Positions 34,240 through 53,042 of a DNA stretch of 64,000 bases are shown here, piece by piece. The notes beneath the pieces are model-generated. The model did no database searches and was not told where the DNA came from. It was given only the letters and a program-made list of their open reading frames with translations. Where the stretch lies: assembly GCF_009914755.1 (NCBI RefSeq), contig NC_060947.1; one strand, 5' to 3'. Origin of the DNA: the human T2T-CHM13v2.0 reference genome, Homo sapiens. The stretch's first letter is position 1, and every line of letters starts with the position of its first letter. Made by a program: the position numbers and the translations under genes.

Positions 34240-34710
34240 AAGTTTACAGCATGAGCTCAGAAGATCAGACTGCCTAGGCTCAATCCTGACTCTTAGGTAA
34301 GTTACCTAACTTCTTTGGGCTTTGGTTTTCTCATTTGTGAAATGAGGATAAGAAGTCCTATATTATAGAGTTGTTCATGGAGTGAATGGCTCAATATACA
34401 TATAAAGCACTTAGAACAGTGCCTGTCACATGGTGTGTGTTTAAATGCTTTTTAGCTATCCTGAAATTGTGAAAGACAATTTGGCAGAGTGTATGAATCT
34501 TCAGTTACAATCTTTTTCTCCAGAAAGTCCAGCTGTTGCTCCATTTTCTTCTGAAAGCTAATGTTGCAGAGAATTCTGAAACCAAAGAGGCTTTGTTTCC
34601 TTAGAGCAGGGTGGTTAAGAGTCTGGGGTTGGACTGCCTTGGTATGAGTCCTGGCTCTCCCATTTACTGGATGTGTGACCTTGGACAAGTTGATCTCTCC
34701 TGTAATGTGG
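34240..34710 (+). mobile_element. MIR fragments (~34240-34450 and ~34605-34710)
   Basis: gtaagttacctaacttct...gttttctcatttgtgaaatgaggata...taaagcacttagaacagtgcctg; tgtgaccttggacaagtt. Confidence 0.8.
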
Positions 34711-34769
34711 GGCAACTCATAGACCCTCCCTTTCGTGGACCCTTTGCATTTGTTGGCCAAACCATCCTT

Positions 34770-35150
34770 CCTCCCTTTTAGTTGTTTGGGTTTTTTTCAC
34801 TCCAACCTTTTGATTCAGGTGGGACTTGCATTCATAGCAGCTTCACCCCCTTGCCAATATCTCACTGAATTCTGTTGGCCACTGTGCTGGATCTAAGTGT
34901 TGAGCATGTACCCTGAAGACAACAGGAGTCCTTCTATGGGCAAACCAGGAGGGAGACTCTTTCTTCCTTCTGGGGTTCCTGAGCTAGGATTACGTGAACC
35001 TGGAGCTGCCTGGGCCTCACCTGGAAGCCTGTCTGCAGTAGGAGAGGCTCAGGCTACCACAAGAACCAACCGGAGCTGAGCAGCTGGAGAGCAGAGGCAC
35101 CCCGACAACATGGGTTGAGTTCCTGCATCCAGCCAACGTCCAGGCTGGCG
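34770..35150 (+). mobile_element. Old ERVL LTR fragment (LTR16-like)
   Basis: gaacctggagctgcc...gagagcagag...gagttcctgcatccagcc resembles the LTR16 family. Confidence 0.5.
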
Positions 35151-35327
35151 CCGCCACTTTATTGGGATGCTGTGTGGTTTAAATAAGAGAATTCGTGTAA
35201 AGCGCCAAGTATGTGTCAGACACAAGGCAAGTCCTCAAGAAAAGATGATCTGTCTCCTCCTGTCATAATGAGTGTAGGAGTTTTTTTCCTTGTAGTTAAA
35301 AATTGTTGGGCCTGGAGCAGTGGCTCA

Positions 35328-35674
<347 letters not shown>

Positions 35675-36149
35675 TCAGTCTGCAGATACTGATCTTTCTT
35701 AAGCTTAGGAAAATTGTTTCCAAAGCTCTTTCATGATTGCATCTCTTGGCCAGGAACGGTAACTATCTGTGTGTTGGTGCCGCATTCTCTGTTCTCCGTA
35801 TCTGTCATCTCTCTCATAATTTTCTCTCTCCTCCACCTCCGAATGTGGGAATTCCTCAGGGCTTGGCCTTGGTGAAAGTATTAATTATGAGAGCAGTTGA
35901 CTCCTTGTTCCACCCCAACCTTCCATCCAAGGGCCGTCCAAGGGACAGAGGAGGAATCTTAAGCCACCTCCTGCCTCGAGCCCAGCTCCTTCCCACAGGC
36001 CACCAGGGGAAATGAGTTTCTGCCTCGTCTGGGTCCCCCATTGTCTTTCTAGCAGTGGTGCTGGCAGGTGTGGGTGATATAGGACTTGGTGACACAGACT
36101 TTCTGCAAAGCCAGTGGGAAATGCAACAGCTCTGCAGGATCCCAGAGAC

Positions 36150-36300
36150 CCCTGCTGTGCAGCCCAGCAGCTCCAAAGGCCGCACTGAGAGCCTGTTGGA
36201 AACGCAGACTCTCGTGCCTTATCCTGGACCCCTGAATCAGAACGAGTATTTCCACAACATCCGTGGGTGATTCGTGTGCACATTAAAGTTTGCGAAGCTC
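36150..36300. mobile_element. MER5A-like hAT MITE
   Basis: gaaacgcagactctc...cctgaatcagaa...gtgattcgtgtgcacattaaagtttgcgaagc. Confidence 0.7.
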
Positions 36301-37379
36301 AGCTCCAGGGTGCAGGCTCAGTTTAACCCTTTTTTCATAATCCATTTTTTGTCTACCCACAAAGTCATTCTTTACGGTGAAAACCCCCAACTCCTCACCA
36401 GATGAGATCATATAATACTGACTCTCTTTACTATTAATACCTACTTCGTTTTTGTGTGATATTTTCCCTCAATATAATGATTTTATTTTATTATTTTTTA
36501 TTTTTTCAAACTCAGAAATTCTTAAGAACAATGTAATGTTATTGCCATAAAGTGGGAGCTCTGTTGCCAGGGCACTTTGAAGTTTTGTATGCACAATTCA
36601 GACTTCATTGAAACTTTAATTTTACTGTGTCCTTGGCTTGCCTTACCTTTTCGAGAATTACAAAACTTTCCACAGTTCTGCCAGCTGCTTCTTCCTGTTT
36701 TGTTCTCAATTTGGGATGTTTATTTCTTTTGCTTGATGTCTGTATGCTAAAAGAAATAAATAAGCAGAACACATTGCGGCTCATTGAAGCACAGGGCACG
36801 ATCCAAATTCGTTCCATATGATAGTCTCTGACTAGGAATTCTTATGTCCTATAATTGGTGAGTATATTTTTGCATTAAGCTGTAATGTTGAATTATCACT
36901 TCTTTTAGCATATTTATTTAAATATATGTTGGGGGTGAAAAGTCACTATGTCATTAAAAAAAGGAGTCTTTGTTCAAAAGGTGATATAAGTTTCGAGAGC
37001 TGCTTTGGCAAATGTTAACTGAAGGGTCATTATGTAAGGTAGTTGTGTATTATATGTTATATATATTGTAGAAACCCCAGTGCCATTACAAATATAGTTT
37101 GTAGAGCGGTGTCAGTCAGTGAACTCTTTGTTACCCATCTGTGATGAGATAAATACAGAAATTGAGAGTGTTTAGAAACTTTTATAACATATTTTTATGT
37201 CTGCTGCCTTTAACAGTAAAACTTTGGCTTTGTATTTTATACATCATTTTAAAATTTTATTTTTCTAGTGATTTATTTTTATTATATCTTACAGAAATAT
37301 CAGTGTGCAATAGATGGGAAAATTTTTTAAAATTGGTTTTTCACTGCAGATGGTTTGAACAGCACTGATATAGAGCATA

Positions 37380-42100
<4,721 letters not shown>

Positions 42101-42102
42101 TC

Positions 42103-43041
<939 letters not shown>

Positions 43042-43617
43042 TTAAGATGTGCAACTAGAAAAACTACCTTAGACAAAATTAGTTAAAAGACAAGCAGCAG
43101 ACAAGGAAATGATATTTGTAACATACATAATTAGCAAAGAAGTATATTCAGAATGTAGAAAGTATTTCTACAAATGAATAAGAACAATAGAAAAACAGAC
43201 AAAGGTTATTCCAAGGCAATTTTCAGATGAGGAAAACTATAGCTAATAAAGAGTGAAAGATACCTTGAACTTACTTGTTATCAAGGAAATGTCAATTAAA
43301 ACAATTTTACCATTTCTCACTTATTAGATTGTGAAAAAGTATGAGCACATCAAGAGTTACGAAGGAGTAGGGAATTGGGAATTCTCATATTCTGCTGGAG
43401 GGAATGTTTATTAGGATAGTCATTTTGGAGAGTAATATTGAAAATGTGCCATATTCTGAAATTTTACTTGTTTATACTCCAAGAAAAACTCTTATACATG
43501 TGGGCAAGAGGCATTTACAAGGATGTACTAATATTTCTTAAAGTGTTATTGGTGTGTGGATGACTTGTCTGTGTATCACCAAGACTCCTGGTTAAACTGG
43601 CCCTATCCCATACCTAC

Positions 43618-43927
43618 TGTATCAGTCAGGGTTCTCCAGAGAGAAACAGAGTCAATAAGATATATACATAGATATATAAGAGGAGATTTATTATGAGAAT
43701 TGTCTTATGTGATTATGGAGGCCAAGCAGTCTTACAGTCTGCCTTATGCAAGCTGGAGAACAAGGCAAACTGGTGGTGTAATTTGATCTGAGTCCAAAGG
43801 CCTGAAAACCAGGAGCTCCAATGTCCCAGGGCAGCTCAAGAAGAGAATTCACCTTTCCTCTGAATTTTTGTTCTATTTAGGCCCTCAATGGATTGGACGA
43901 TGTTCACCCGCGTTGGTAACGGCAGAT
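43618..43927 (-). mobile_element. MLT2 LTR fragment
   Basis: tgtatcagtcagggttctccagagagaaacaga...gtgattatggaggccaag...ccctcaatggattggacga. Confidence 0.85.
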
Positions 43928-43928
43928 C

Positions 43929-45023
<1,095 letters not shown>

Positions 45024-47980
45024 TCATACACTGCCATTGATGAACATGTCTTTTAAGTCTTTTCTAATCTATTGATTCCCCTCCTATTTTTTTCTAATAA
45101 GTTGTTTGTTGAAGAAATGTATTTGTTAAATGTTGAATTTTTCTTATAATTTGTTTTCTTATAATTTATTTGTTTATTCTTATCTTTCATTTGTCCTTTA
45201 GAGTTTCTCATCAACTGGATTTTGTCGACCGCATCCCTGTGGTTTCATTGATATGTTTCTCTGTTTCCTGTATTTCCTGTAAACTGGTAGTTAGAGCTAG
45301 AAGGTTGATCAAACTCAGGTTCGATTTTTTTTTTTTTTTTTTTTGTCTAGTAGCATTTTGTCCTTCCATCTTGAGGCATATTTCTGGTTTTCTCTCTGCT
45401 TAGCAGCCACTGATGATCATTGCCAAGGTCCATTAATTCATTAGATGTTGCAAAATGGTGATATTTTGCAGTCGACAAAATCCAAAATGGTGATATTCTA
45501 ATTTCATCAGGACTTCTTCATGTATTAGTTGGAATACTTCTATTAAAAGGAAGGTCCCTTCGTCAACTATTTGGTTACTCTGAGGAGTAGATCTTACAGG
45601 CTTCATCTCTTTTCCTTCACTAGTTTTCAAAATATTGAGTTGGTTCCCTAGCATTCTCCAAAAGTGATCACTTAAAAAATTGAAATATGACTCTTATACT
45701 ATCAAATTCACCCTTTTAAAGCATACATACGTCACTAATTTCTAGTACATTTACAAAGTTGTGCAACCATCACCACTAGTTGATCATTTTTAAAGTCTCA
45801 TAAATTCATTAACATATCCACTATGTTTCACTCCATAGCAATTTTTTTTGACATCCAAATTTTCTTAATGTTAGACAACCTAGTAAGCTTGGACACTTTC
45901 TTCTTTTGCTTTCTGCTATAAGGAGATGTTCCTGGCTTATCTTATACTTTCCTGCTCCAGCCCTGGAATCAATCACTTCTCCCTTTCCTTTGGTGGGAAA
46001 CTGTAGAGGCCCCAACTTGGACACCAGGGGTGCTCACTGCTACTGCTCATTGTTTCTAGGCCTCTATATTGATTTTTTTATCTCTTTAGTGGAGCTAGTT
46101 TGTTTGCTGTGCCCTGTGATTTATAATCCATGAAGAATTTGGCTATTATTTTCAGGAATTAAACAATGTCTTGTTCGACTAATGACTCATGTAAAAAGCA
46201 CTGCTTGAAAATCACCTATTTGCCAGTCATTGTTTATTTTAAAATTATTCTCCTTGGGGAGAGTGTGTGGCTTAAGGGCTCAGATGAAAAATTCTTACTT
46301 GGCATTAATTATGGCCAACTGAATTCCAACAGAAGATGCAACTTGCTCACGCTAAGTATAACCTAAGTATCAGGTGTCAGATAAATGGTTAATTTTTGTA
46401 GGGCATGCTTAGTTCAATAAAACTAGGGCCTTTCTAGGGGAAGATAAATATTTTTTAATGTTTGGGATACAAAAAAAAAAAAAGAATTACCACAACTTTA
46501 TTCAAGAAGGTCTACATTTTCTCATAAGCCAATAATGTATTGCTTCTTATTTGAATTCCCATCAGTCTCCGATGTGGAGTGAAAATCAACAGCTTCTTTT
46601 CTGACTAATCTTTCTCTGGAAAAATGATTGAAAGGCCTTCTATCGTTTCTGGCTCAAGGACCTATAAACATGTCAGAGATTTTTAGTTAATTTATTAAAA
46701 CACTGTCAAAACCTTGAGTAAATGCTTTTAACTATCTGATGTACATTAACAGCTCTGAAGGAACAAATACATTTTAGCACGTAATCAAAATTCCTTTTAC
46801 TGCTTTGAAACCAGCTATTTTGTATTCATAGCATTCTCTTTTGAAATGTTCTGCTCTCGACCTCCCTAGATAAAATTTCCTTTTATTATGTTTACTTAAG
46901 TGAGAAAATGAAAGTACTTAGGAATGTTTTTATTTTGCCTTACACAGCCTCCTTATTCGAGTTCCCCAAGGGCAAGCACATCTTTGTTACTTCCTGTGCC
47001 CAGAATTCTAAAGGTCCCTAATACGAAAACAATTATCAAGGCAAGATAGGCTGCAGTAGGTCCTTTAAGTGCAAGATGTCTGGTGCTTAATTACCAAATG
47101 CTTTCAAGGATCTTAGGTGTCCTCAAGGTCCTATTGTGAGTACTTTCATAAAATGCATTTTGTATTTTGTCACATCAAACAATTTCTGATCTCTGCTGTT
47201 TACACTTCCTTTTCATCTTCACTTTATCATGAGTATAATACTAAGTGTACTTCTAGTGAAATGATTTTTACCATTGTTCTTTTACCAGTTAAACAATGTT
47301 CTTTACAGACTTCCATAAATGGGCTTAAAGTACAACTTTACCTTTTTTTTAACTAAAAAAAATATAGTTGACCTTATCTGTATAGTCATCTATAAAATAA
47401 CTGGACTTTATAAAGTTTGCTGGACTTTAATAAAGGTTTATCTAATCTAATAGAACTAGGCCATCCTTTCTTTGTTTCCCACCAAAGTTAACAGTCTCTT
47501 CCTGTATGAAAAGTAATGACAAAGGGCTCTTTGAAAGTATCAATCCCTAAACTACTTGTGATCTTTTAAACTGAGAAAACTTCTTTTTCTTTCATGCTCC
47601 TTGGACACTGTTTTCTTAAGTGCTTTACACTGGTGGATGTATAAGTATTTTTGATGGTAATTATGGAAAAACTAACAAGAATGGTGACATTAGGTTTTTC
47701 TGTCTTGAACATGCTGCTTACAGTTGCATGGATGAAGTGAGGCTCTATTCTTCTTCTTTTTTTTTTTTTTTAATAGAGACGAGGTCTCACCATGTTACCC
47801 AGGCTAGTCTTGAACTCCTGGGCTCAAGTGATCCTCTCGCCTCGGCCTCCCAAAGTGCTGTGATTACAGGACTGAACCAGGGAACCTGGCCTCCATTCTT
47901 GCCATACCGTAGCATCACACTGAGGCCCTTGGAAAGTACTTAAACGCTGATTATCAATGTTTTGAAATATTAATGTGGGC

Positions 47981-48248
47981 GGCCGGGCACGGTGGCTCAC
48001 GCCTGTAATCCCAGCACTTTGGGAGGCCGAGGCGGGTGGATTACCTGAGGTCAGGAGTTGGAGACCAGCCTGGCCAACATGGTGAAACCCCATCTCTACT
48101 AAAAAAATAGAAAAATTAGCCAGGCGTGGTGGCAAGTGCCTGTAATCCCAGCTACTCGGGAGGCTGAGGCAGGAGAATCGCTTGAACCCCGAAGGCAGAG
48201 GTTCAGTGAGCCAAGATCACGCCATTGCACTCCAGTCTGGGAGTGCAA
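47981..48248 (+). mobile_element. Tail-less Alu with an intact 17-bp TSD
   Basis: GAAATATTAATGTGGGC at 47964-47980 and 48249-48265; no poly(A). Confidence 0.9.
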
Positions 48249-49389
48249 GAAATATTAATGTGGGCACACAAGCTATTTCTCATTTTTTTTGATTGAAACA
48301 ACATTGCTTAGTTTCATTTACCTTTCTGTGAAATGTCTTTCTGTGAAAGTCTATCACAGCCTGATGTAATTTTTATAAACAATGAATACATGCTGTTACT
48401 ATTTTTGAAAGGAAATTTAATCGCTTGGAAAAATTCAGACTAAAGCCCCGAGAGGAAAATTATCATCCAGTGCATGCTCAGAGATTTCTTCTTACTCTAC
48501 TTTTGTTTTTCCTTTTTGAAAGCATTTGTGATTGAGAGATGTCTGAGGGAAGGGACAAATTGCATTCTGGGAGTTTTAAAGAGTTATGTCAGGCAACTAA
48601 AATACGTGGCCTCTGTATTTAAAGAGATTTCACACCAGTATACTATTTGCTTTATAATTTTTGTGTTTCTTATTGTTTAAAAATGCCTTTAACATTTAGT
48701 GCTGTGTTAAAGGATAGCATGCCAGATTCCAGATTAATGTAAAGACTCCACTATTTAACTTTTCCCTAGTAACTTTAAAACAGAGTTTGGGTTCCAAGTT
48801 CAGCATGGAAAGATAGCATAAACATTTAAACTAAGTAAAGTGCGAAATACACATTTTTGAAGTTGGTAAGTGCTGTTTAATCATTTTCCCCTTCTCTCCC
48901 AAGTCTTTTGAAACTTCAAAAGGCTTGTTTAAGCAGTGTGTTTAAAAAAAAAAAAATCCATACCCAATTGGGCTCCTCTCTATTAAGGAATGTGGAAAAT
49001 TCATGATTTATGAAACGATGACACCAGTCTTACATTTCACAGGCTCCCAAGCTCTGAAACACGGGTACATAGGAAAATACACAGAAAATTCCTGTTCTTT
49101 GCAACGTGCGAAACGTTTCAAAATGCAACTTTGCTCATCTCCCTCCCCCGTACAAACTAATAAAATCAGTTTGGCTCTGACTGCTTATTTTTAAAAAGTA
49201 GACGGCCTGGTAGGTGCTCTAGGGATAACCCTTCTCCCCCCACTCCACCCCCCTTCCCGCACACCCATTTAGACTGGCAAGCCCGTTTTCATTTTATTTC
49301 AAAGATTTTTTTTTTTTTAAGCGAAGGCAGGGGACGGCGGGGGTTGCTAAATTTATCTTCCTCCCCAGCCACGGGGATGAAGAAAACAC

Positions 49390-49465
49390 ATTTACTGCGG
49401 GCGGGGGTCTGAGGGCCTGCAAACAACTCGAGCTGGAGCCTCGGCCAGGACCGGCGCGAGAGGCG
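49390..49465 (+). other. ZFX: Candidate upstream alternative first exon (non-coding)
   Basis: Donor GCG|GTAGGT at 49466; start position is a guess. Confidence 0.45.
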
Positions 49466-49826
49466 GTAGGTCTCCAGGGAGGCCCCCGGGGGGCGGCCGC
49501 GGCCCACGGGACATGGTGGGGGGCGGCCGGGCCGCCTGCCTCTCCGCGGGGTCGGCCGACCGCGGCCCCGCGCGGGCTTTACGGCCGAGGCGGCGGCGGC
49601 AGCGGCGCGTGTGTGGCGGCGGCGGGCGGGAGCGCGGAGGAGGTGGAAAGAAGGGGGGCGCTGTCACGGAGACTCCGGCCGCCGGAGACCCCGCCGCAGC
49701 GAGGCCACTGGGCTCCCCGGTCGCGGGGCGGGAGCGGCGCCGACACGGGGTGCCAGGAGGACCCACCGGGCGGAGGAGGGGGCCTGTCTACCCTTCCGCA
49801 TTTTCCTGGGTCTCTCTCCCGGGCGG

Positions 49827-49844
49827 TGACGTGACGTGCTGACG
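49827..49844. promoter_or_regulatory. Triple CRE/ATF half-site cluster next to a GC box
   Basis: GGGCGG-TGACG-TGACG-TGC-TGACG; TGACG at 49827, 49832 and 49840. Confidence 0.7.
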
Positions 49845-49857
49845 GCGGGCCCGTGCC

Positions 49858-50006
49858 GGGGAGCTGGGCCGCTTTTTGTCAGCTCCGAGCTCGGCCCCTC
49901 CTCCCTCCCTCCGCCCGCCCCACCAGCCGGAGCCCGGCCCAGTGCTCCAGAGAAAGGCCGGCCTGCAGCACCCGCCACCGTCGCCGGCCGCCCGCACGTC
50001 CGTCCG
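49858..50006 (+). other. ZFX: ZFX non-coding exon 1 (TSS approximate)
   Basis: Strong donor CCG|GTGAGT at 50007; ...gcccgcacgtccgtccg recalled as the ZFX mRNA leader. Confidence 0.75.
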
Positions 50007-50414
50007 GTGAGTCCCGGGTGCCGCCGCGGCCGCGGGGCCTAGTGCGCGCACAGCGGCCTGGTCTCGGCCTGGTCGGCGGCCCGCAAGGCGCCCTCCCGCG
50101 CTAGGCCGGGCGGCGTGGCGCGCGGCGCCGAGCAGGCCCCGAGGAGGCCGCAGTTAGGCCCGGGGAGGAGCCCGGCTGCCCCGAGCGGCGGCGGAGGCGC
50201 GCTCCGTAAGCGGGCGGGGGTTGGGGGAGGGTCGCCCGGTTGTGCCGGAGGCGGTCGAGGGGCCCCGGGTCGGCTCCGCGGCCGACCTGGGGCACCGCGC
50301 CGGGGTGAGGCCTGGCGAGGAGGCGAAGGCTGCAGGCGTGAGGTGAAGGCCGCAGGCCGGCCGGGCCGATTTTCGCTATGTAAATATCGGTGAGGGGGGG
50401 GGAGGGACGGGGGA

Positions 50415-50488
50415 CAAGATGGCGGCGGCTCGGCGCCTGCTGCAGGGGACGATAGAGGGGGTTGCCGGGAGGGGGAGCCGCCATCTTG
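50415..50488. promoter_or_regulatory. Inverted pair of consensus YY1 sites
   Basis: CAAGATGGCGGC (50415-26) and its exact reverse complement GCCGCCATCTTG (50477-88). Confidence 0.8.
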
Positions 50489-51902
50489 GAGGCGGTGTCT
50501 GGAGAGAAAATTCCGCTACAGCCCGTGAGGGGGGGTGGGAGAGCGGGCGGCGGCGGCAGCGGCGCCGGTGACGGGCCCCGGAGGCCCGGCGCGGCGGCGT
50601 GTGCGCGCGGAGGGGCGTGCTCGCTCCCCGTGGCGGCCATTGCCCTTGCCGCCATGATGAGCGCTCGGGCTCCAGGCGCTCGGCGGCAGCGCCACCTTCC
50701 TGCCTTGCCTCCCGCAGCCCCGTGACTGGCTGCAGTTTCCGCTGCGTTTCAGCTGAGCTGCCGCAGGCGGCCACCGCCGCCGCCCGGACGCCGGGACCGT
50801 TTCACCCTCAGCGCCCCTGGCCCTGCGCCTTCCCCCGCGCCTGTAGCCACCCGAGGGCAGTCGGGGCAGGTGGCATTCCGGACACCTGGGCTTACCAGGG
50901 CATACGGGACCCCAGGAAATGTTATTTTTGCTTAAGTCAAATCATATGTGGCTGCTAAGGTGCTTTCGATGCAGTTGTTTTTCCAACAATCTTTGCCGCC
51001 CCGAGTATCTGAATAAAGGAAGAAAAATAAAGATTGATGGGAAAGTTTTTGCCATTCTTTTGTCCTATAGGGAAAAAAATTGCACAACACGAGAGCGGAG
51101 GAATAAAATTTTGAATCATTCGTACTCATTTATGTGGAAACAACTTTCTTGAAAAACGATTTAAGTAGTGATCTGTTGGTGGTATTTTTTTAAATCGAGG
51201 AATAAGGGCAGACTTTTTTATTTTCTTATTGGAGGACAACTTAGTGTGGTGCATATTTATTGTGCATTTGCCTGTCATGGTATTTCGATTTTTCATTTGT
51301 GAAGTTTTAAGGCGGAGTTTCATCCCCTAACGTACTTTTTTGATTGCACACTGTGCAACTTTCTTGATAAACTCGGAGCCTACTGTTAGCGATGCACCGT
51401 GCTAGATGCTAAGAAACATTAAAAAGGTTCTTGTAATGCAGACGGTGGCTGCAAGAAGTCTCATGTTTAGAGGTAGGTGGGGCAAGGTGAAATGCAGTAA
51501 AGTGAGAGGTACAACTAATTACTGGGATTTCCGAGGGAAGCAAGGTTGCCATTGGAGGATCAGGGAGGGACGGGTTCCTGAAGTATTAATAGGTGGCATT
51601 TTGAGAAGGTTACCGAGGGATGGGTAGGACTTTGTTAGGTAGAGGTGGAGGTGGAGAAAGGACGTTTCAAGGGTGAAGCTTCTTCAGTAAACAGTAAGTA
51701 TTTACAGTTTGGCAAAAGTGGATGGTATAGGTAGGGGAGTGGTGGGAATTCAGGCTAGAAAAGTTAGATTGCAGAAGGGCTTGCTTGCCAGGTGGAGGGG
51801 CTTATACTCAATGGGGTAGGCAGCGGGGGTGCCCTCAACTAGAAGAGTGATGGCACACCTGAGCTGCACCTTGTTATTTACTTATTTTTTATTTTGAGAC
51901 AG

Positions 51903-52012
51903 GTTCTTGCTATATTGCCCCAGGCTGGTCTCGAACTCCTGGGCTCAAGCCGTTCTCCCGCCTCCCACTGCCCGCCTGTCACTGCCGTCTGTTCCCTGAG
52001 CTGTGCTTTACG
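51903..52012 (+). other. ZFX: ZFX 5'UTR exon derived from an antisense Alu monomer (110 nt)
   Basis: Acceptor ttttattttgagacAG|GTT, donor ACG|GTACTT; the first ~60 nt are antisense Alu; recalled in the ZFX mRNA leader. Confidence 0.75.
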
Positions 52013-52252
52013 GTACTTAGTAGTTCCATTGGACTAGGAAAAGTTTCAAAGTTGAAAAATAATGAGAGTAGTAAGTTGATCAGTGTTTTCATTATCAGAA
52101 CGATTACAAGAATGTTCAGAAGTTAAGCAAATTTTGCTACTTTTGGAACGATGCGTCTCTATTAAGACAGCTGCTCCTTTTTTCTATCCTGATTTCTCAT
52201 CCGAAATAATCTTTTGCTCAGAGTTGTCAGAATTTCTATGGTACACAAATAG

Positions 52253-52651
<399 letters not shown>

Positions 52652-52931
52652 TAGAATTTTATGATGGAAACCTTTAGGTGGCATAGATACCCATTTTCAG
52701 TTTTTCCGTTTTTCTAGACTGTAACAGGTCATGAGCAGCGGTGCTCCATGAAAGGGCTGGAGGGAATGAGAGTCTCATGTTTATTATAAAGGGCTATGGT
52801 TTAGAAAAGTTCGAGAAACAGTGCATTGCATGAGGCTGACTAGAAGCAAGTTGAGAAGGCGGGCTGTGGTTGTTGAGGTGTTAAGGGTAAACATAAACTT
52901 AGAAGAACCAGGTGCTTTTATATTTTGACAG

Positions 52932-53042
52932 CTGGGAAAGACATAGAAGAACTATTAAGAAGATAGAATTGTTTTGCTGCGCAGTACAGCAACAGTGGAT
53001 GTTCAAGATTAAGATTAGAGTCAAGTTGTGTGATTAAGACAG
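52932..53042 (+). other. ZFX: ZFX 5'UTR exon (111 nt) containing a 12-aa uORF
   Basis: Acceptor tattttgacAG|CTG, perfect donor CAG|GTAAGT; sequence recalled as the ZFX leader preceding the ATG exon. Confidence 0.85.

Larger units (their letters stand above)
46475..49800 (-). ncRNA. ZFX-AS1: Putative divergent antisense lncRNA from the CpG island (ZFX-AS1 expected here)
   Basis: Recalled knowledge of an antisense partner of ZFX; candidate minus-strand acceptor CTGACATGTTTATAG|GTCC at 46662/46661 and AATAAA at 46502-46497. Exon structure is inferred only. Confidence 0.35.
49320..50900. promoter_or_regulatory. ZFX: CpG-island promoter (ZFX)
   Basis: About 1.6 kb of very GC- and CpG-rich, repeat-free sequence with GC boxes, TGACG x3 and YY1 motifs. 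Confidence 0.95.

Noticed and set aside
45440-45590. Similarity of this segment to the duplicated 121-bp piece at 8774/11402
   Set aside because: Loose similarity expected between independent old L1M 3' fragments, not a third copy of the duplication.
50650-50774. GCCGCCATG Kozak-like start in intron 1
   Set aside because: Better explained as a YY1-like core in the CpG island; the downstream frame is low complexity with no supporting splice structure.
49289-50958. Overlapping Arg/Gly/Pro/Ala-rich ORFs up to 184 aa on both strands
   Set aside because: Stop-codon scarcity in a CpG island; low complexity and no recognisable domain.
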